Origin: the human T2T-CHM13v2.0 reference genome, Homo sapiens
DNA length: 64,000 nucleotides
Assembly: GCF_009914755.1 (NCBI RefSeq)
Contig: NC_060947.1
Direction: 5' to 3' (one strand)
Numbering within the stretch: the first letter of the stretch is position 1; every line of letters begins with the position of its first letter. Shown here piece after piece: positions 55,632-64,000 of this stretch. The position numbers were made by a program, and so were the translations under genes. A model generated the notes under the pieces. It ran no database searches and was not told where the DNA came from. It was given only the letters and a program-made list of their open reading frames with translations.

Positions 55632-56420
55632 ATGAAGAATATATATATATATCTTCAAATAATCCTCCAGGAATCTTTTACCAATTTATCTTACCACCAA
55701 CAAGGAGATAATATCCACGGGCATTATCATTTTTTTGTCTTTTAAAAATTGGCCAGAAGACAAATGGTATCTTGTTAGAGTTCTTACAATTCCTAGTGAG
55801 GGTGAATGTTTTTCCTATTTTATAGGTTATTTACATTTCCCTTTTGTGAATTGTCTGTTCATAGGCCTTGTCCATAGAAAATGGTGTATTTTTCTGTTTG
55901 TTTTTCATTTGCATGAATTCTGAACATTTCAGTGATCCTAAGCTTTCATCATATGTATTTTGCTTGTGTTTCCCCACTTTTCTGTAGAGCTCAGTGATTT
56001 AGAATTTAGACCCTGGAGCCAAGACTGCTTGGGTTCAAATATTGTGGTTCCGTCACTTACCAGATGAGTTTGTTATCTAATATAACTGTTTTGTGCCTTA
56101 GTTTGCTCACCTAATAGTATCTACCTCATAGGGCTATTGTAAGGATCAAATGAATTAAAATATGCAAAGTACTTAGAATGGCGCTTGGTGCTTAGTAAAC
56201 ACTATAAGTAATTGTTATTTTTATTGTTTGTTTAATGTGATATATTTATGTCATACAGAATCTTAAATTTGCATATGTTCAAATCTATTAATCTTTTCAT
56301 CTGTGGTTTCTGCCTGCGGGTCATGCTTAGGAAGATCTTAACCTAAAGATTATTTTTGAAAAGCTTCACCTATATTTCCTATCGGTACGTTTTTAAACAT
56401 TCAAATCTTAAATCCATCTA
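55140..56420 (-). mobile_element. L1ME fragments with (TA)/(TG) microsatellite and MIR
   Basis: ctagaagtaaaattgctggatcaaa; tgtgaattgtctgttcata; boundaries approximate. Confidence 0.65.
55985..56220 (+). mobile_element. MIR
   Basis: ctggagccaagactgcttgggttcaaat...tacctcatagggctattgtaaggat. Confidence 0.8.
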
Positions 56421-56736
56421 GATGGAAAAGACTCTAGCATTTCTTCCTTTTGTGGCATTGCGTATCAGTGATATTATTTATAATCACCTTGGAAATGACT
56501 GATAGTGATAACTATTCAGTATAATTCCTAATGCAGCATCTTGTTTAGGAAGGTTATTAATGCATTTGATAATCACAATAAGGCAAATACCACAGTATCT
56601 CTCCTGCAGAAAGATTTGAGTTTGGTGCAGCTGAAAGATTATATGTGCAATTCTAGGGGATTTTCATTTCAGCTCTGTAATTTTTCATTAGGTGTAAATG
56701 GTAGAAAAGTGGATATTTGAGCCTGGATCAGAATTG

Positions 56737-57200
56737 TTTGTGGTAGGTTCAAAAGCACAGCTACAGTGTTTTGCAGTTCACCTCATCAAAAAATGGAGTA
56801 TATTGTCCCATCCTTTGAGTCTGGGTTGGCCATGTAGCCTCCTTTGACCAGTGGAATGTTATGTGGGAGTTCCAGAGCCTTCATCCTCTTTGACCACTGC
56901 CCTGGGACCACCATTCCATAAAGACGTCTTAGATGAAGGGCCACATGGAGGGAAAGAGAAGTTCAGCTATGCCATCTGTCCCAGCTGAACTCAGTCACCA
57001 GCTGACCTGCTGCTTAAGTATAGCTGCGTGAATAAGTCCTAGATAGATCAGCAAAAAACAAACAACAACAACAACAACAACAAAAAACCCAAAAAACATC
57101 ACCCAGTCTACCTGCAGAATTGTGTCTAATAATATATTGTTGATGGTTTAAGCCACTGAGTTTTGAGGTAATTGGTTTACAGCAATAAACTGAATGTGCA
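56737..57200 (+). mobile_element. MLT1F/G-like LTR
   Basis: tctgggttggccatgt...ttgaccagtggaatgtt...tttaagccactgagttttg. Confidence 0.75.
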
Positions 57201-57971
57201 ATTCTAGAGGATTTGCATTTCATATGTACATATTTTCATCAAGTGTGTGTGACAGAAAAGAAATCTAAGGCTTTTAAAAAGTTCCTGTTATCTCTAATTG
57301 CCAATAAAAATGCATCTATTCTCCCAACTTTCAAAATTGCGTTTACCTTAGATTTTCTTTTTGGCTGTATTTTGGAGGAAGATCACAAGGATGCTATTTT
57401 GGAAGTGAGCCCATGTTTATGGAGAGCTCCTTGGATTAACTGTGAACTTGTCACACAAACTACCTGCTTGTTGTGATCTTCATGTGTTGAGCTCTTACTA
57501 AGTGTCAGACGGTGTTCTGATTCAAAATTCTGAACCCATCATTCCTGAGGTTCTGAAATTGTCCTACAACTTGGAGTTAGAATCAAGAAGCCTTCACAAT
57601 CCAGTGAAACATTTTGTGGAGTTGGTATAGATTGTGTAAAACATAGGAAACCAACATACCTTTCTAAGTCTCAGTTTCCACCACTGTAGAGCAAGGTGCA
57701 TGAATCATATGAATTCTAAATTCCTTTCCTATTTAAAGTATCCATGAGCCTCCTTCCCATTACATTTCTCCAAGAATTTTGAAAATGTTGTATAATGCTA
57801 CATGAACCTTGTAACTTAAAAAACGCCTCATTTGTTATCGCTATTATCTATTGCTTTCAATGTTTAAATCCTGCTTTAGTCATATTTTTTCTATGCTTTT
57901 GGTCAAATGAACTCAAACAGTGATATGTATTCACTGGTAAATTCATCATTTTACCAATAAGGCCTGTAGAA

Positions 57972-58840
<869 letters not shown>

Positions 58841-59274
58841 TATCTGAGATTATTTCCTTGGCCCTTGACCAGTGCTATATCATCTCTTACCAAGCTGTAT
58901 GTGTACCTTAATTTCCCAAATAGAATACTCTTGGAAAGCCATTTTCTTCCCTTATGTAAGATTCATAATAACCTCTTTGTTACTTCAAACATATTATAAG
59001 TTAATGTTAGAAAAATTACAAAGTGAAGACAAGCAGGAAGAAGAGAGTAAAAACAATGTTTAATCTATAACCCAGAGATAACTATTATCTTTTTACTTGT
59101 GTAAGGAGCTAACATTATCAAGATTAAGAAATATGTTCTTATTATATATCCCGATATTGTGGTTACATAAAATACTACATATGTAATAAAATGTACTCAC
59201 AAACCTTATGGATCTATTACTTTAAAGCACTTTTGGCTATTTTTCTCTAGAACTTGGCCAGAGTGAGTCTTTTA

Positions 59275-60230
59275 GTGTGTTAGTTGGGGTGCAGGTTAAA
59301 CAGAAGATAACCCCAAAATACAGTGGCTTAAGTAAGACATATAAGATAGATAGATAAGGTCCTTATTTCTGCTCAGATAAAAGTCTAAAGGTAGATAAGT
59401 TGTTTACGTTGGGCAAATGTTTCTATTCCACCAGGCCATTCAGTGACCCAGGCTAGTGGGTCAACTTTGCCATCTTCAGTATGCGGTTTCCAGATCTTGG
59501 TCCAAGGTGACAGTTGTAGTTGTGGATCTAGATCCTGGAAATATATTCATCTCTGAGATGATGATTTGAAAGTTGCATGTGAGACTTTCACATCCCGTCA
59601 GCCCAAAGTTAGTCAAACAGCTACACCTAGCTGTAAGGGTAGTCATGTATCAGATGAAATTTGGGGAGGCTATTACCAAAAGAAAGAAAGAAAGAAAAAT
59701 CAGATACTGGGCATCAATTTGCTATTTCTGTTATGGTAACTAAATTATATATATCTGGATGACTTTTCCTCCTTATGCATGTAGCCCTATGTCGGTGAAT
59801 AGCTTGTGCTTTGTCCTGCCTTGTGTCCATTCCTCTGATTGAGGTAATAGCGCTTTAATTTTCCTTTGGAAAATTCTTAAGCCATGAAATTTTGGGTGGT
59901 GACCAGTGGGACTCACACCTGGGTGGTTTTTTGTTTGTTTGTTTTGGCAATATTCAGAATGTGAAGTTTTCTTTTTCTTCTACTGGGTCAGTTGAGTTGT
60001 TAGGATGAAAGACAGGAAAGAACCTACTGAGAAAAATAGAGCTGAAGAATGCAGAGATAGAGAAGGAATCCTAAAGATGGTGTTTGAGCTCCTGGTTCAA
60101 ACCACTCCTGAAGCTAGACTCTCCCTTGCCTTTTAATTACATAATTAGAAAAAAATCTCATTTATTTTTGTTTTAGCTACCTTGCATTAGATTTTTGTCA
60201 ATTGCAACTAAAAGATGGCTGATGAATCCA
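59275..60230. mobile_element. Two old MaLR LTR remnants (MLT1J/K/L-like), opposed
   Basis: aaaatacagtggcttaa...acacctagctgtaaggg; tttgagctcctggttcaa...cctgaagcta...ttgcaactaaaag. Confidence 0.55.
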
Positions 60231-61503
60231 CTCCTTATAATCTTTATTACACTTAATTTCCCTTAGGTTTCATTGCTTTTCCAGATAGGAGTATTTGAAT
60301 TCAAATTCTGTCATCTAAGGTCAAGACTGCTTCCCAGTGTGGTTTCACTGATGAATTATTTTCTAGTTTTTTCCCATCTGCATGTCATCGGTGGAATGAT
60401 ATTGCAGGTTCTGGTACTGGGCCTTAATTTCTCTCCTCCTCCCAGCCCTTCCATTCCATTTCTCTTTAAACTTTCCTCTACCTAATACGTAAATATAGAA
60501 AGGAAGATAGGAGTTGGGTAGTGGGGAGGGGAGAGTCATGGTGGCAGGGGAAGAAGTGACATATAAATTAAAGAAAAAACTATTTTGAGTCATTAACTTA
60601 CCTTTGTTCCAACTCTCAGTTCCAGTGATTGAATGGAAGAATTGGTCCAAAGAATCAGGGCAAATTGAAAATTGTTGGTGATGCTGCTGGTATTGTGAGG
60701 GGCATGAATAGGATGTTTAGAGGGAGGCCCGTGGCATCCAGCAGAGACCAAGTGATTTGAGTGTCATTAAATTCATTATGTGGCTTTTTCTGTTGCTTTT
60801 ACTTTTATTCCATTAACAATTTGAGGGTTAAGGCCAGCCATTTCCCTACACCTAGACTTCTTTTTGTAATGTACCTACCAGCACCATGGCATGCTGCAAT
60901 GCTGTTGATTCATTACTGAGATATCAAAACAAATCACTGCAAAATGTGCTGTGCCTTCCATTCTGGTAACTGATGTTGAAGGCTTTGGTTCAAGGCTATT
61001 TTTAGAAATACAAAACCTTATAACTAATTAAGGGAATCCCAGGTTAGATCATTTCTTTTACTTTCTTCTAAAGCTTATGGGAATTTAATCTCTAATAAAT
61101 GCTAATATAAAATTAATGTTCTCTTGGATGGGAAGGTCAATTAGATACCTGGTATTGACTTCAGTCTTCTAATAGGAAATCTCATAAATTAATCTAAAAT
61201 TGTGATTGTTTCATAAAAAGTTGTGGGGAGGATAGTGGTGAAGTTCACAGATCATAAAATGACCCTGTTCATGTTTTACACTACATGTCCGTTATGAACT
61301 GTGACCACTTCTGGCCACGTGACCTACTACTGGCTGCCTCCAGCAATACCTTTCAGTAGGGTAGTGGGTAAGAAGGGTGGGCAGAATGGGGTAGCACAGA
61401 TAATGAACATCTCCTTTAGACTGGCTAACGCACTTGGACTCTATTATTTGATGTGCACCAATAGAGTTCCCTGTGGCAATATTTCCAATAGACTTGAAAC
61501 TTC

Positions 61504-61801
61504 TTTTTTTTTTTTTTTGAGATGGAGTCTCGCTCTGTCATCCAGGCTGGAGTGCAATGGTGTGATCTCGGCTCACTGCAACTTCCGCCTCCTGGGTTCA
61601 AGTTATTCTCTTGCCTCAGCCTCCCGAGTAGCTGAGATTACAGGTGCCTGCCACCACACCCAGCTAATTTTTTTGTGTTTTTAGTAGAGACAGGGTTTCA
61701 CCAGGTTGGCCAGGCTGGTCTCGAATTCCTGACCTCAGGTTATCCACCTGCCTTGGCTTCCCAAAGTGCTGTGATTACAGGCGTGAACCACTGCGCCTGG
61801 C
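61504..61801 (-). mobile_element. AluS (Sz/Sq-like)
   Basis: Full dimer; TSD TGAAACTTC 61495-61503 and 61802-61810. Confidence 0.95.
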
Positions 61802-61919
61802 TGAAACTTCATCTTTATGAATTATTTTGACCAGTATGGGTGAATTTCAGCACTATATGAACATATTATAGTCTTATTTTGAAAAGACTTTGCTCGCCAT
61901 CCACATAACAGATCTTTTA

Positions 61920-61961
61920 GCTGACTTTTTGTTGTTTTCCCTTGTTATTGTGTCTCCGCAG
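61920..61961 (+). promoter_or_regulatory. Candidate branch point, polypyrimidine tract and 3' splice site
   Basis: gCTGACtttttgttgttttcccttgttattgtgtctccgcag|G with no intervening AG. Confidence 0.4.
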
Positions 61962-62939
61962 GAACCATATCGGAGAAAATCAGCAGATCAGCAGAATGCT
62001 GCTGGTGTGCTGGAGCTTTTGTTTGTGCCTGTGTGCCAGTGTAAACATGAGCAGCATTTCATTCACCAGCCCAGTGCTCATTATTTGAAGCCATTTCCCC
62101 AGCATGGTATTCCACAATACTAAGGAAAGTTGAGTCCACTATTACCTGAATGAAACTGAGAATAAAAGAACCCATTCTTAGTGGAGAGAAAATTTGTCCA
62201 TGCTCACACCAAAGGAAATCACCACAAATAGGCCAGACTTTTTTTTTTATTGTGTTAAACCCAAGCAGACCTATTCATTGACATATAATATGTATTCAGT
62301 CTCTGAACTTTTTTTCTGCACTTATCTTGATTAATTTTTGTGGATTTCCTTTTAATTTTTTTTATTTCTATGAGGATTTTTTGAGTTCAAAAATTTCATT
62401 AGCATTTTGCAAGCCCTTAAATGAGGCACGAGCATTCCTTTTTCATTTTATTTGCAAATCTTATTCCGAGTGGTCCTAAAGAAATACAACAGGAGGGAAA
62501 CGATTAATGTGACGGAAAAACACAACTCTCTCCTCCCATTTGGAGATGATATTCTTTTTCTAAAATGTCCATTTGTTTTTGGTTGGAAAATGAGTTTTGT
62601 AGGTCAACCTACATGTGATTGGTTTATTGTTTCCTCTCAGCCAATTAGAATCACAGCAGGTAAAAAATCCCTTTAGTTATCCAATCAAAACCTTCAATGT
62701 TTCATACTATTGTAACCCTTTTAAAAGAGAATAATGATGTGGATTAAATCTGCTTATGGTTGGGGCCTGAGTGCTCAGAGCAAAGTTAGATCTGTGTTAG
62801 CACTAATAATAGTCCCAAGAGAAGTTAACTACATCCTTTTCAGGAAAATAATAGCTATTATCATTGTAATTATGATGTTCTCTTTCAGGGATTACTTCTG
62901 AGATTGACATTCTTACCATGTATGCAGTTCAAAAACTTT

Positions 62940-63180
62940 TATTGTGAATATATTATGCTCCAGCACTGTAATGGGCTATATAAATATTTATAAAACTTCC
63001 TTTTCTCCTAACAGTCTTGCAAGGTAGATATTGTTGTCTACATTTTACAGAAGAAAAAACTCGAAAATTGAAGAGATTAAGTAACTCAGCATCACAAGCT
63101 GGTAAGTGACAAAACCAGAATTTGGGCCCCTGTGTATAAAATGTTAAAGCTCATGATTTTTTCAGCACCAAATTACCTCA
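62940..63180 (-). mobile_element. MIR
   Basis: cattttacagaagaaaaaact...agattaagtaact. Confidence 0.7.
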
Positions 63181-64000
63181 GTAACCATATGCAAAATATG
63201 CATTATTCCCAAGGAGAAGCTCTTTGTTTTGGCAGTGGTTCTAATATCCATTTTAGTGGCACTTTAGTGGAAAACATTCTGTGGGAGTCAGAGAACGTAA
63301 GAGAAACATAAGCTGCTCCGCTATTGGTATTCTGCTGAGATTCTCTGTTGATTTCACTCCCATTTTAGAATATTGCATTTAATTACCTGTCAAACATATA
63401 TCTTAACTTTCTGGAGGCAGGAGGGTCAGCCTAATTAGTGTTGTTATTTTTCCGTTTAGTTTTCTGAATATACCTAATGCATTTTAAATCTGTCCTCAAC
63501 AATAACAATTCAAATAGAGAGCTTCTTAAGAATAAATCTTTAAACCCTGAGAATCTTGAAGTAAATTAATTTAATTTTCTAACCAAATTGGAGAATCATT
63601 AAGAACTTCCAAAGTTGGGTGTTAAACTCTGTTTATTTATCTTTCAGGGCAAACAAATATAATTTTCAAAACTTTTACACCATTTTCTGTGCTTCCTTAG
63701 TGGAGTCTGGGGATATATTTTTTTTTCCTAGAAATTGAATAAGTCCATGATCCTTGTAACTTTCTTTTTCAACATTGAAATTGATATTCTATAAGCCTCT
63801 TCCTACTTATTCTGTCCTTACCTGCCTACATCATGCTCTCAAAAAAGGGGAGATTCTTGCTTACATTTTTGAGAGTCATTAGTGAAAGAGAGAGAGACTC
63901 TCAGCTTAGTTGGCTAGAATGAAACAATGATGAGGCCAAGGCAATACAATTATGTCAGGAACCATTTAACATTTTTGGCTCAGTTAGCAGAAATTGTTTC

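Noticed and set aside
61312-61324. GGCCACGTGACC USF/TFE-type E-box
   Set aside because: A single motif is expected by chance in 64 kb.

Overview
This is primate (very probably human) intronic or intergenic DNA, AT-rich and dominated by interspersed repeats: Alu, L1, L2, MIR, MaLR/ERVL/ERV1 solo LTRs, Tigger/Charlie MITEs and a full-length but dead Hsmar2 mariner. I see no convincing protein-coding gene, RNA gene or CRISPR array; the ORF track is almost entirely repeat-derived or chance ORFs. Repeat families were recognised by eye, so subfamily names and the boundaries of old elements are approximate. I did not find a demonstrably new biological system. The best leads are: (1) two apparent retrocopies of transcript 3' ends made of ancient repeat sequence, each with AATAAA, an A-tail and its own TSD (12096-12722, 22329-22830); (2) a candidate 24-nt microexon (34456-34479) and a strong orphan splice acceptor (61962); (3) two cases of an AluY inserting into the TSD of an older Alu; (4) a tail-less 40-bp Alu fragment; (5) a 50-bp Z-DNA-prone tract.
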